DNA of 55,873 nt, filler included, from Streblomastix strix (lineage: Eukaryota), in assembly GCA_008636045.1 (NCBI GenBank). It is 3 parts of 3 records of this genome, joined end to end, with 100 filler letters (N's around TTAATTAATTAA, not from the genome) between each part and the next. Parts side by side here need not be neighbours in the genome. Positions count along the whole stretch, not along the records: positions 1 to 18,560 come from SNRW01000595.1; positions 18,661 to 37,218 come from SNRW01000596.1; 1 more part is not named here. One strand, 5' to 3'. The translations under genes and the position numbers were made by a program. Under the pieces are notes generated by a model. The model was not told where the DNA came from. It ran no database searches and saw nothing but the letters and a program-made list of their open reading frames with translations. Shown here in pieces: positions 13,622 to 26,837 of this stretch. Numbering within the stretch: position 1 is the stretch's first letter; each line of letters starts with the position of its first letter.

Positions 13622-15693
13622 TCATAAGAATAGAATGACAGTGACACGTAATTTTCCATTTTTCACGAAGCCACTTCCTTCTTTCAAACATTATGGTTTG
13701 AGTTTGTACCAAGTTCCCTGATCAGGAGCTAATTGGTTGAATGTATGTTTAATTTCTTTATAAATTATTATAAAATTTTTAAAATATTTATAGAATTAAA
13801 AAAGTAATATGAAAATAAACCTATTACTACTGGATCTTATTTCTCTTAATGAATCAAAATCTGAAACTTGAACTTCTGGCTAAATTCTTCACCATGCTCA
13901 TCAATACTCTTCAGAAATACCAAAAAAGTTATAAATAATAATAAAATAAGTGAATAAGTTTAATATTAAAAATTATATTTTAATCATTTTTATACCTTCA
14001 ATACGAGGAATATTCCTTGTAGTTCTTATTATTAGTAATAACCTTTTTCTATTTTATGTACAAGAAGGATGTTCCTGAGAAAGGTAATATAAATTGAAAA
14101 AAATAATATGAAAATAAATATATTATTGCTCATACCATTTAAAGCCAAACGCATCAAAAGTCTCACTTTCATTGCGATCTGATAATGGATCGATTGAAAT
14201 TGTCAAATCATGTTAAATATTTGCATCACTTGGTTACTTTTGAGATGAATGTTCATTTTGATGAGTTTCATATTAAGAGAAAGGAATTTTCAAATGGCAG
14301 GAATCACATTCGATAAGAGACATATCAGGAGTATTCAATGAAGATTTTGTTTTAGGTTGAACAATTGGAAATGGATAAATTTAGCTCTTTTTATTAATTT
14401 TCTTATCCGATTGAACAATTGGAAATGGAATAATCTAATTCTGTTGATGCTATTAAGCAGTTTTATTTAATTATTATATCACTTCAAATTGTTATTAAAC
14501 TTATTCTTTTTATTGTTATTCATTTCTTAGTTGATCTTCGACTTATTTCATTCGTTCTTCATCTTCAATCTTCTGACGTTCATTCAAATGAGCTCTTTCT
14601 TCTGCTTTAATTTTTTCTTATTCAGCAACTCTAATTTATTCCTATAAATGTCTTATCTGTTCTTAATCCTCATGAACAGTAGTTTCTGAATCAATCTTTT
14701 AATCTTCCTAATCTTCTTCTTCATCTTCTAAAACTGCAAGAATTTATTTTATTGAATTTCTTAATTACCTTGGCGGGTTAAGTAATTTGACTTTATTTAA
14801 ACAAATTCTCAATTTAGATGTTTTCTTTACAGCTTCTGAACTCGTTAGAATCAGTTTTGATACCACTTCCAATATATTCAACAAGATGTTTTATTATATT
14901 TGGGAATGTTATTGAATTGATTATGATTAAGCTGAAGGAAATGCATTATCCAATGCTTGTGCTGATTTGCCAAATATATTAACTTCCAACAAACAAGAAA
15001 TTGTGTGTGGTTGTCTTTTTATCGCATCAAGAAGTGCCTATTTTCCCAAATCAGATATTCTTTCATCCTCATTCTGGTTAAATTAATAATTTAAATTAAA
15101 TTAAAAATAAAAATAAAAATGAGACATACGAATAAAAATTCAATCAATAGTTGAAGAAACGTTTTCCAGTCAACTTATGATTCAGATTCTGTTCCAATCT
15201 GATGAAGTATGTGTAATATTGCATCACAGAGGGTCTATATTATTAAAATATTATAATCTGAATAAAGAAAATTAAAAATGTTTTCATACACGAATTCTTG
15301 GATTATCAGTTTCAAATATCAGTGAAGAAACAGATTAAATAATTCCACTTGAACACAAAATCTCTTTTATTTCGCTATGTTGCACTGAATAAAAGATATA
15401 AAATAATAAATAAAATAATAATAAAATAAATGTCCGTACATCTGAAGGATAATATAACTAGGCTCTCTAATGACTGAATTTTAGCTGCATCGGATATTTC
15501 TGGAAGTAATAAACGATGTGCATGTTGAACAATCTGCGACTTTTTCTGAAATAAAATATTAAATATGATTTATAAATTAAAACTTTGAGATAATCAATAT
15601 TTATACCTCGCCACTAGAAAGAACTTGTATTCTCATTGATTCAGAAGGATTTGTACTGCTTATTCCTCTTAAAGAAATATCAGAATCAGTCAT
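13622..15693 (-). CDS. ARM-like N-terminus + coiled coil + C-terminal MATH (TRAF-like) domain protein
   Basis: ATG at 15693 and phase-consistent GT-AG introns. The C-terminus SETFDAFGFKWNILL...GIFLVL...KFQILI...HTFNQLAPDQG...GFVKNGKLRVTVILFL-TGA matches the MATH beta-sandwich pattern by eye. Confidence 0.75.
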
Positions 15694-16391
15694 CGATTTT
15701 CTAAATATCTTAAATAAGTATAAAAATTATTTATTTTTTAATAAAAAAATTAAATTATAAATATATTAAAATAATAATATAATATAATCAATAAAATAGT
15801 AGTATTAATGTAGTAAAAGTGAATTTAAAATTAATTAACTGAATTCCTGAAATAGATCGGGTATGTTATTTAAAGTTGCATATATAATATATTAAATGAT
15901 GATAATATGCAAAATATATTGAACCATCAGAAAATACCTGATTAAACGCGTTCAAAACGTGTGGCGTAAATTGAATCTCGAAACTTATTCGAACTTTGAT
16001 AATGTATGAGCAGCATCAAAAGGGAATTATATGGTTATATATATAATGATTTTAGTAGTGAAAAATTAGGCGTAAGGTTGTAGCTATGAAAAAACAAGCC
16101 AAATTAAATTATATCAATGTTTAACCTTACATAAGACTTTTTGCTATTCATTTTGCCTCTATTAGTTGAGAAAATATAATTATAATGATTATTGAATTAA
16201 TGAATGTTATAGAAATGTTCGGATAATGCCTTAACAATTGAGAAAATGTCAAATTTTATTTAATTGAATATTCCAATTAATTTCACATCTAGATATTAAA
16301 TCAATTAATTGATTTTTCGCAATTCTATTAATTTTTCAAATATTATTAAATTTATTCATAAATTTGATTCTACGATGATAGTTTTCTATAA

Positions 16392-16733
16392 ATGACTCAG
16401 TTGTTGACTATGAAACTAAATCGTACAACTGGACTCGGAACCCTCACACTCGGGTAATAAACATTGCGATGTGGAGGGAAACCTGGATTCGATTATCCAG
16501 CTGACACAACTATAAATGCCTCTGATCGTAAAGGTACCGTTAAAAGCCGAGAATACGATGCAACTATGCCATATGCAGTCCTCTGGATTGGACAAAGAGG
16601 TGTTTATTTCCACGAATGGCCGAATCTAGAAGCATCGTCAGGATGTATTCATCTGTTGCCAGGCGATGCTTAAACTTTCTATGAACAGTGGATCACGCGT
16701 AAGACGAGAATTGTCTTCTCTTGGACCAATTGA
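16392..16733 (+). CDS. L,D-transpeptidase catalytic (YkuD-like) domain protein, 113 aa, intronless, bacterial type
   Basis: MTQLLTMKLNRTTGLGTLTLGQQTLRCGGKPGFDYPADTTINASDRKGTVKSREYDATMPYAVLWIGQRGVYFHEWPNLEASSGCIHLLPGDAQTFYEQWITRKTRIVFSWTN. The SREY..MPY...FH...S.GCIHL...A..FY pattern is that of small YkuD proteins. Three in-frame TAA codons are read as Gln. Confidence 0.75.
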
Positions 16734-16857
16734 TGGATAAATTCTTTCAATGTGAAAGCTTTTTGACAATTAAAATTATTCGAAATATATTGGACTGTAT
16801 AATAAAATATTGAATAATAACTCACTTTATTAACTTTGCTAAATAAAACTATATTTT

Positions 16858-17458
16858 TATTGTTATTCATTTCTTAATTGATCTTCGACTTGTTTCATTC
16901 GTTCTTCAACTTCAAAGTTCTTACGTTTATTTAAATGAGCTCTTTCTTCTGCCATATTTTTTTCTAATTCAGCAATTCAATTATCTTATCTGTTCAAAAG
17001 TGTTTTAACTCAATTGCATATAAAAAAGATTATGATAAATATGAAGAAACTGCCATTCATACAGAATTAATAGAGGAAATTGAAGAATCTGTCATTCATA
17101 CAGAATTAATAGAAGAAATATTTCCAATTGGTAACATCTTCACGTAAATCAGAAGTAATACATATGAAACTCAGAGCTGATATTGTTTTTGCCATTTATT
17201 ACATCATAATTTCAATGTTTTAATCAAAAAGCTGTTATTGACCAACTTCTCCATATTTTCCTTCCTTTGCATAATTTTAAAGATTCTTTATTAATATTCC
17301 AACATTTCTTTCTAAAACTTCTATGCATAAATCTAGTATTTCATTTTCAATTATTTAATTCTTCATGATCTGAATATTATTTTAGCTGAACTATTTTCAA
17401 TTTTACTTAAGTCTGCTATCTGTAGAGAAGTTGTATTAGCCTAAAATCTTTTATCCAT
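16858..17458 (-). pseudogene. Degenerate chimeric gene fragment: ARM-like family piece plus a diverged copy of the coiled-coil segment of the MATH gene
   Basis: About 16858-16975 is a diverged copy of about 14511-14628. The upstream frame IIENEILDLCIEVLERNVGILIKNL resembles LIDENILKICVDIIVQNGKALVNKL of the gene at 44105-45592. Frames are broken by TGA. A 39-nt tandem duplication lies at about 17052-17120. Confidence 0.45.
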
Positions 17459-17637
17459 CGCAAATAAAAACACAAAATAGCTAATTTTTGGAATATAACT
17501 TACAATTTTCATTAATATAAATCTTCTTATTATAATTAACATATATAAATTTAAAGAGGTTGAAAAAATATTTATTTGATTTCTTACTTTTTATTAGCTC
17601 ATTAATTTTTTTATTTTTATTTTTTTTAGAAAAATCA

Positions 17638-18560
17638 ATGATTTCGCACTCATCTCTTGTTATATTAATTTTATGTACCACTGATGCTTTTGCCAGACTA
17701 ACTTTTCACCCGAAAGTAAACGCTGACTCACTTTCTGAAACATTTGACTGGCGCACCAGGTCAAATGAAACAGGAACCGCATTTACGTCAGTTCTCGATC
17801 AAGAATCTTGTGGCAGGTATATTATTTTATTAATAACTCAATTTATTATATCAGTCATTTATTCATTATAGTTGTTGGGCCTTCTCTACTGTAGATGCTG
17901 CTAGAGTTTGGCTGTAAATAGCAACGAACGGAACAGACGAAGCTGTAAAAGCGCCAATGTCTCCGTAACATTAATTAGATTGTGATAAGCGTAATATAAA
18001 ATATTATGGAGAAAATGTAACATAAGGTATATAATTAATATAATTAATAATTTTATTTATTTTTTATTTAAAGCTGGTTGTGATGGCGGTTTTATTCTCA
18101 CATCATACAGAGGTATTGAATTTTTAAATTACTCATATTTAAATTATATTATTAATATTGAAACTTCCATATTCCACAGAGCTAGCTTGGGAACATGGTA
18201 CATTAGAGAATCAATGTCAGCCATACACTGGAAGATAACAGTCAAAATGCGCAAACAATTGCACAACAACAACTGCAAACTCTAAAATATACAAGAAATG
18301 GTCAAATGGAACAAACTACTATAGACCAATCAACTTCTGGTTATATGATTACAATGCAGACGTCGACTATAGTTCTGTTGGAAAGGCTAACAAAGAGTAC
18401 AATTCGAATACAAATGCATAGTATGTATGGCCATTGGTCAAACCAAGCCACATTACTGATGTTTTTAAGGAGATCATCTACAACTGCGGTCCTTCCAGTG
18501 TAACATTTTATGCATGTGACTCATTGTCATACTATTATTCAGGTTCTGGTGAGAATATAA
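17638..18560 (+). CDS. Papain-family (C1A, cathepsin B-like) cysteine protease, 3'-truncated at contig end
   Basis: Hydrophobic signal peptide, then FDWR, DQESCGS|CWAFS (catalytic Cys motif split by an intron), SPQHQLDCD, GCDGG, CQPY, IIYNCGP. Three GT-AG introns. Confidence 0.9.
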
Positions 18561-18660
18561 NNNNNNNNNNNNNNNNNNNNNNNNNNNNNNNNNNNNNNNN
18601 NNNNTTAATTAATTAANNNNNNNNNNNNNNNNNNNNNNNNNNNNNNNNNNNNNNNNNNNN
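18561..18660. other. Artificial contig linker (N run with TTAATTAATTAA)
   Basis: 100-nt block of Ns around TTAATTAATTAA (18605-18616). Genes on both sides are truncated at it. Confidence 0.97.
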
Positions 18661-19168
18661 AATTCGTGGTGTTGTTATTGCAGCCAAACTTGCGATGATA
18701 CCAATTCGTCTTGGTTATTGGGGTAACAATATTGGATAACCTCATACAGTGGCAATGAAGGTAACAGGGAAATGTGGATCTGTAAGAGTGCGTCTTGTAC
18801 CAGCACCTCGTGGAACAGGATTAGTTGCTGCTCCTGTATCAAAGAAGTTGTTGAGTATTTCTGGTGTCGAAGATGTATTTACTTCCTCATCTGGTAAGAC
18901 CAATACAATGGGTAACTTCATCAAGGCAACCTTCTTTGCATTGTCAGAGACATACAAATATCTGACTCCTGATCTTTGGCCTAAACATGCTTTCCCACAA
19001 ACGCCATACCAGGAGAATTCATAGTGGCTTGCAGATGAAATATATAATAATAATATTGAATTAAAAGATGAATTTTTGTTCGAACAGCGGGAAAAATTGG
19101 GCTTTTATTATTTGTTAATTTTTCACGATACAGAAAGCTTGAGAAACAAATTAATGGAGTAAATATGA
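18661..19168 (+). CDS. RPS2: 40S ribosomal protein S2 (uS5), C-terminal part, 5'-truncated, with a possible C-terminal extension
   Basis: [52 protein letters not shown]...[27 protein letters not shown]...PYQE. First in-frame TGA at 19166-19168. Confidence 0.92.
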
Positions 19169-19660
19169 ACAGAGAACATGAGAAAAATAATTATAATGAT
19201 AGATCTAAAGATAATAGTGCACGGATAAAATACAAGGCTGATCAGACACACAGCCAATATTTTGGAGCATCTGAAATAAGCAGAGGAACCAGGTTCAAGA
19301 ATGTAAGTCATGGAATCATTATATTTGAATTGATTAAGCATATTAGAAAGATCAAAAGTAATAATTGAATGAGCGAAAATTTTTCTTTCTATTTTATTTT
19401 CTTTGTTTTTTCATAAATTTTCTGTTGTTCATTTATTTAATAACAATAAATTTCAAAAATTTTTTGCAGTGAGAATAATAATTTATAATTATTCAATCAC
19501 CTATTTCACTATGCATTGAAATAAATTATTAATTACAAAATTGCTTTTTCCGTAACAAATACAAACACTAATATATTCATATACTAATAATTTTATTTAG
19601 TAATTTTTATTTGATAATCTGTAATTATTTATTTTTATATTTATTTAGTAGAGATAGAGT

Positions 19661-22600
19661 ATGAGGAAAGGTTCACCAAATGTTGTACAAAAATTGTCCA
19701 ACGTGTCTTAAACATAAAAAGATTATATGGACAGTAAGGACAGAACAATTACAGCTTATTCAACCGAGAGAGGAGAATCAACAATAAACAGTGAATAAAG
19801 TCCAAAGAATAGTATAGAATAATAGTTGAACAAAATCTTGTTTGATACTTCCAATCTACGGGGCAGGGTGAGCCCATGCGAAACTAAGGTAATTACTCGC
19901 CCAGAACTGAGAGTGTATATTGATCTTAATGAAAAAGAATAATTAGATACAATAGAGGCAAATATTTCTAAATCAGATAATAAAATTCCTTCATCATTAC
20001 TGAATGAAAATAATCCAATCACTAACAACACCATTAATAATTATTATGCACAACAGAATGGTGATGATAGAAAATATTTCTTTACCAGTATTAATCATCA
20101 AATAACTTAGGGTCGTCTTGCATCAACATCATCAGCAGCTGCTTCAATAGCTTTCAAAAGATTCAAATCTAAAAAGAAATAGAATCCAGATATTATAAAG
20201 TAAAACTATTCAGATAAACATGAAAAGATATAAAGCATGTATTTATCTATTCAATAACATGGTACACGCTAACTTCGTAGGTAAACACCATTCTCAATGA
20301 TATTACGTGAAATGACTTTAAAATAACGTTTAAATGAGTCATCAAACTAATAAACATAATATTAATAAACAACAATTGCTAAACCATCTAATCCAAATGA
20401 GGTATTAAAACAATAAGCCAGATTAAGAATATAACATGAACTATAATCTCAGCTTAGATAATTACAAGGAGTTGGATTCTCAGTTAGATAAATGCAAAGG
20501 GATAATATCCTTGTTAGAAGTTTAGATGGGAAATTAACTCCTTTTAGATAAAACCCATAAGATCTGATCAATAAATTAACAAATAAAATATTTAATGGAT
20601 AAATATAAGATTTAATTGAAATGGAGGATAAAAAGAATGAAATGGAGAAGAAATAAACTAGTTACGAAAAATTAAATGCACTGAATAATAAATAATAAAC
20701 TGATAATATCACAAATGGAATTGGAGTAGATTAAGATAAATAACTTGATACAGAATAAGAATAAGATGCAAACATCAATTCATCTTAAACTTTCATTACA
20801 TAATAATCACAAATACCATAATTTTAATTACCATTACCTAAAGATTAGTATTAATATAATCCATCATCTATATCTCCACAATCATTATTTACAGGATCAT
20901 CTTATTCATAATAATAGACTTATTCTACAAGTAAATCAAATACAGCAGATTAATAACAATAATAGTAACAATAACAATAATTAAAAGAGTAAAAGAAGAT
21001 TATATCTCATAGTTCCAGGGATGGGAAGAGAGAATAGAAACAAAGATCTCAATCATCACATTCCCATATATAGAGTACAAGAAGTCTAAGAAGCTAATGA
21101 AGTATGGATGAGAATTAGGATTAAAATGATACTAATGCTTTATAATTTGAATAGGAGTTGAACAATTATGAAAATATTTAAATTAAAAATGATGAGACAA
21201 GTAACATTAATGTTAATAATAATAGCAACAGCAATAGCACAAAAGATATATATCGAAATTTAGGATTTGATACAATAACTAGAAAGTAATTTAAAGCATT
21301 ACTTAATAACCCAAATGATAACATATTTAAACGTAATTAAAGTAAAGACATGATTGGAAATGAATAATTGAAGAATATTAGTGAAGAAGAAGAAGGAGAA
21401 TTAAAGCCACCAATATAAAATTGGAAAATAGGAACACAATAAGGAAGAAGATTAAGTGGAGTTTCAATTAATAAGAATAAAGATGGATTTATTCCATAAT
21501 TGAATAATAAAAGACCAATTAGAAGAAGTGTAATTGAATCTCCACTGTAATCATTGAAAAGGAAATATTTCTTATAAAATGAAAATAGTTCTGATACGCC
21601 AGATTAAATAATTGCAGATTTAAATTCTGAATTATAAACAATAAGTAATAAGAAATCTTAATTTAATCCTCCTTCTATTTCAATGATCTATAAACCCGAT
21701 CCAATTATGAGTCAAATGTCTGATTAATAATAAGGAAATGAAATAATTAAAGTTAATTCAAATAGTTCACAAAAATCATTGAATAATGAATCAATAAAGA
21801 AATTATCAGAAGTTGATAAAGCTCTGAAGTAATTCAAAGAGAAGAATCTATAGATTTTATAATAAAATTCAGATAGACATCCAATTAGAAGCACAAGTAG
21901 GACATCAGTTGAATATTCTTACACTGATACTAATGATAAAGAGAGACCATATTCACCTGGAGCTCTTTTATAGAAGTTATTATATGATGCAGATATGCTG
22001 AAGAGAATAACAAGGAAGAATGAAAAGAGAAGAAACAAAAGAATGAGACTGAAATTAGGGAAAGAAAAGAGACTTGTAAAGAAGACAGTAATAAGGACCA
22101 TTAAAGTGAAGAAGATCAGAATGGTAAAGAAGAAGAGGATTATTGTAGAGACAATATAAGAAGAAGATGAAACTGAATGGGATGAACAGAAGAATAAGGA
22201 AGTTAAATATGAAGAATATGAAATACCAGAAGAATATGAGGAAGAGATTCAATAAGAAGAAGTGATAGAGGTTGAGGAGGATTAAGAAGATATTGTAGAT
22301 TCAGAAGGGAATAAAATAGATGAAGATAGCGATGATAGAAAGATTAATTAATAGTAATCAACTGAACCATAATATTCAATTGAAGAGTTAATAGCTCGTG
22401 ATCGTGCAGCTAAAACCATTCAGGGATTCATAAGAAGAATATTGGCTAGGAGAAAATGGTTTAAATGGATTCCACATAATGAAATTAAAAGTAGAGTTTT
22501 ATTAAAGAAAATAGTAAAAAACTGGTAATGGTTTACTATTAAATAAATAAGGAAGAAGAATATTGCAATAGTTATGAAGTCAATATATAATACATATGTA

Positions 22601-25600
22601 TAAATTCATTACTTCAGATATTGGAGATTTAAATTTGTGAAATATAAGAAATAGATGTCATTAATAAGTAAGATAATAGTAAGGAAACATTATTTAATTG
22701 TATTGAGAGCTGTAATTGATAGATGGATATAAGTTGCAGGACCAAGAATACTCTTAAAGCGAACATTCAATTCAGTTCGTGTAAAAAGATTCATGTTACG
22801 TCGATAATGCACTCGTCTATTCATATATTGGGCAGCTTGGGCAGAATATAGAAGGAATATAAGATAAAGAGCTATAATGTATTTTAGATAAGAAGAAGGA
22901 TTTATTCCTGTCTTATAATCAAAATGGGCTAATGTTCCATTTTTGGATATATTAAGAAAGAAATACTTCCACAAAGACATAATTGAACGTGTTCTTATGA
23001 GATTCTAGTTTGTAAGAGTTATTCCACCAATATTTGCCAGATGGATAATATTTGTAGTCCAGAGAAGGAGTCGAATAGAAGCAAGAAAGATGGGATAGAA
23101 GAATCAATAGAAACATATATTCTATGCCTGGAAGAAGTGTGTATAGCATCTAATTAGACTCAGAAGGAGGAAAATGGCTGAATAAGCTGAAGAAGAAGAG
23201 TATGATTGAGTGATGAATACATTAGGAGAGGAGTTTAATGCATGGAAATAACACAGATCAGAAATATTCAGAAAATATGAACCATAGATTAGAGACCATT
23301 TGGATGAATTGATGATTGATTTGGCCAAGTTTGAGACAACAATGCAAGGTAAAAGGGATGCAAGAATGAAGGATGTTGATGCATTCATTCGTGAGATGAA
23401 TAGAATACAAAATGCATCTTTGGAACTTGAGTTGAACTCACAAATTAGAAAATCAAATAATCCATAAAGTCTATAATAGCTATTTGCATCTCCTAATGAT
23501 GGAACTATTAATGAAATTGGAGTCAGTATTATTCCAACTGAAGAATAAGGATAATCATCCAAGGAAGAAGAAGAAGAAGACAGAAGATGGTTGTAAGAAT
23601 AAAGAAGAAAGGAGATTATTTAGAAGATATTAAAGAATTAATAGTATTTAATAAAAGGGAAAGAAGATATTAAAGATAAGAATATCAAAGGTATTAATAT
23701 GAGCATATTTGGATTTGAAGATGAAGAAGAGGATGAGGACGAGATTAAACTAAGAAGAAGATTGGAATTGAGAGAATAGAAGAAATTAGAAAGAAAAATG
23801 GAATTATTAGATTTCGGAGATGAGGAAGAAGAAAAAACTAAAAAAGTTTAAAATAAACAATAAAATATTGAAACACAACTTACATCTGATTCAAAATAAG
23901 ATGAATAATAAATAATATAAAAATAAATATAAGAAATTGATCCTTAATTTTAATCCAAAATTTAAAATATTGATGATAAACAAAATTAAGATCGAATAAA
24001 TGCTCTTCTCTAAGAAATTCAATAAAATAAAGGAGAAGAATAAAAGTAATAATCAACACAATAAGATGAATAATAAGAAATAGTTATTCCATCATAAACA
24101 CCTTTATCAATAAAAGAGAGAAGAACTAAACTAAAAGATCTCAAATCTCAATTTTCTCCAACATATACAACTGCACCCCAATTGCCATATGCAGATGAAT
24201 TAGCTAAAATATAGAATGAAATATTCCAAACTAATAGTCCATTTGAACTCTAAAATGAATAATAACAAAACAATTAATAAAAAGAAGATAAACCTCATAA
24301 GATTCTTTCATAATCTGGATCTCTAACTCCAATGCAACCTCCTGTTTTATCCAAATTAGCCAAATCTCAATTCAATATCCCGTATTTCACAACACTGAGT
24401 CCAGCTAATTAATTAAAGTAATAATTATAAGAGTAATAAGAACAACAATAACAACAATTGGAGAAGAATAGGAAGAATAAACATGTTAAAGATGCTGTAG
24501 AAGACTCAATTGATGAATAAGCTGAGATTATCCAGCATTTCTATGATCCAAGTGCTCCTACAGGTGAGAAGAGATATAAACTTCTTAATATGCAGGAAGA
24601 CTATGAAAATGAATTAAATTAATAAGAAGAGAAGATTTAATATTAATAAGAGATGGAGAATAAGTAATTGCTTGAATAATTTGATAATTAATAAATCAAT
24701 CAGAAAGGAATTGATAATCAATATTTAATTGGAGCATAGAAGTTAGGTGGTAAGAAAGGAAGACGTGTTTCTCTTCTATCATAGAAATCAATGGAAAAAT
24801 AATATTTATCTGCTTCAATTGGAACTTTAAGATCAACATCTGGAAAATCTGTATAATAATAGTCAATTAAAGGTTCTTAATAATAATTGATTAAATCAAA
24901 GCCAGAAAAGAAGCAGTTAAATGAAATTATGAAAGAAAAAGCAAATTAAGCTCATTCAGAATAACCAGATGAATAAGACTCAACAAAAACAAATACTTAA
25001 GGTTCAATAGATTCAAAGAAGAAATAGTAATTAAGATCATCAACTGATTAACATCCAAAATAAACATCAAAATCTTCAATATAAAAATAATAATAGACAA
25101 AGAAAGGATAAGAATAACAATAGTAAACCAAATAAGATCATCAATAAACATTAAGATCGCAATAAACTCCAAATCCAAAATAAGGATAATCTATTTAGAG
25201 CAGTAGGAGTATTAAGAGTGTATCAAATCAATCAGCAAAGTTATCAAAAACATAATTAAGTGCAATTAATGAATCTAGGAAACGTTTATCTCTCTAAGAT
25301 ACATATGGATCATCCATATTATAACAAACATTACCAATGCCCATTATATCTGCTCCATAATAAGTAGAGAATCCAATTGTAATACCCAATGAACCAACTG
25401 ATCTTATTTTAGAGGATTCTGTATTGGAAAAGAAGGCAATGAAGAAATTGAATAAAGCAATTTAGTCTCCATCAATGAATTGGGATGAGATAATGTTGAC
25501 TATGAAGAAATTAAGTATAGTTAAGTCTACTGAAGATGAGAAGAGAATGATCAGTAAAATACATGAGAGAGAGAATAATAATTAGAAATAGGAGTAGATG

Positions 25601-26224
25601 GAGTAAATTAATAGAAAAAAAGAGAAGTAATTGGAATCATAGTAATCTGGATTAGTATCAATAGAAACAACTTCATTGAAGGATAAGTTTCCTCGAAATT
25701 CAAGTTCTGTTCTTAGATAAGCATCTCTAGCTACTGTATTCCATAACTAATAAAGAGATTAAAACACATCTCTACCTCCTTTATCTGCTAAATAAGGATA
25801 ATAAAGCACAAATAAACCATAGAAATATTCTTCACTTCTTAATTAGATGCAACTTAATAATAGTAAATGGAAGTTAGTATCAAATACAGTTGCAGCAGCA
25901 AATGAATTTGGAAATACTCAAACAGCTCAATAAGAATAGAATGAATAAATGCGTCTTGTTCGAGAAAGATTATTTAATCAATTTTCTGGTCAGAAATAAT
26001 AACTTGGAAATTTGATGAACGTTGTGAAGAAAATAAAAACATAACAATAAGATTAGGAATAATAGATTGATGAAGAAGAAGAAGATTTAATATATGATGA
26101 TTCAAATAGCCCAAGATATGATGATGAACAGGGTTCTGATGAATATTAAGATTAAAACTATGGGAGTTAATATTAATTTGATGATTATAATTATTAGAAT
26201 CAAAGCAACTAAGATCAAGAATGA
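19661..26224 (+). CDS. Large intronless protein (2187 aa) with an IQ motif and Sfi1-like Trp-periodic repeats in Q/S/N-rich low-complexity sequence
   Basis: Single frame from ATG 19661 to TGA 26222-26224 under TAR=Gln (spot-checked along its length). AAKTIQGFIRRILARRKW near 22410 is followed by LKKIVKNW, QIHYFRYWR, LRAVIDRW, TRLFIYW, NIFYAWKK and EEFNAWK. Confidence 0.8.
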
Positions 26225-26837
26225 TGTTGAAAGTTTTGATTGATTGCACTCCATTTCACTCATTTCATTCACTTCACACCATTTTTATATAGTGTATTAT
26301 TACACTGCTGTATTATATATGTTGAATAAAATAACAATCGTGACTTATTTCCTTCATTCTTTTTTGGGAAAATTGAGAAAATTTGCTCCACGGCTGATAG
26401 TTCAGTTAGAATATAAATAAATTCTGATTTAATAATAATTTAATTTATATGAAAATATTGAAATTAATTAACAGCACGAGCTTAACAAGCAAGCAATTAA
26501 AACGCGCATATAACTCTAGTAATAAATTAAAAAACTGCAATATAATAATATTTTTAGATATAAAATTAGTTATTCTTTCAATTGAAACTATTTAATTTAA
26601 TTTAAATTTATCTTATTCACTTTATTTTATGATTCATGAATTATAAATTTCAATCGCGTGTTATACAAGATCTAGAATATATTTTGTATAATTATTATTT
26701 TAACTTTGCATTAAACAATATATACTACATTATTAAATATATTTAATAATAAATATTAGTTTCAAATAATTATATATTAATCTCAAAATATTTTGTTTTT
26801 TATTTTCCATTTTTTCAAAGTTTTTAAGAACAAACTG

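Noticed and set aside
15940..15970. ACGCGT/CG-rich words in intergenic DNA (also near 26500 and 26655) as promoter elements
   Set aside because: Too few and too variable to distinguish from chance without a genome-wide enrichment test.
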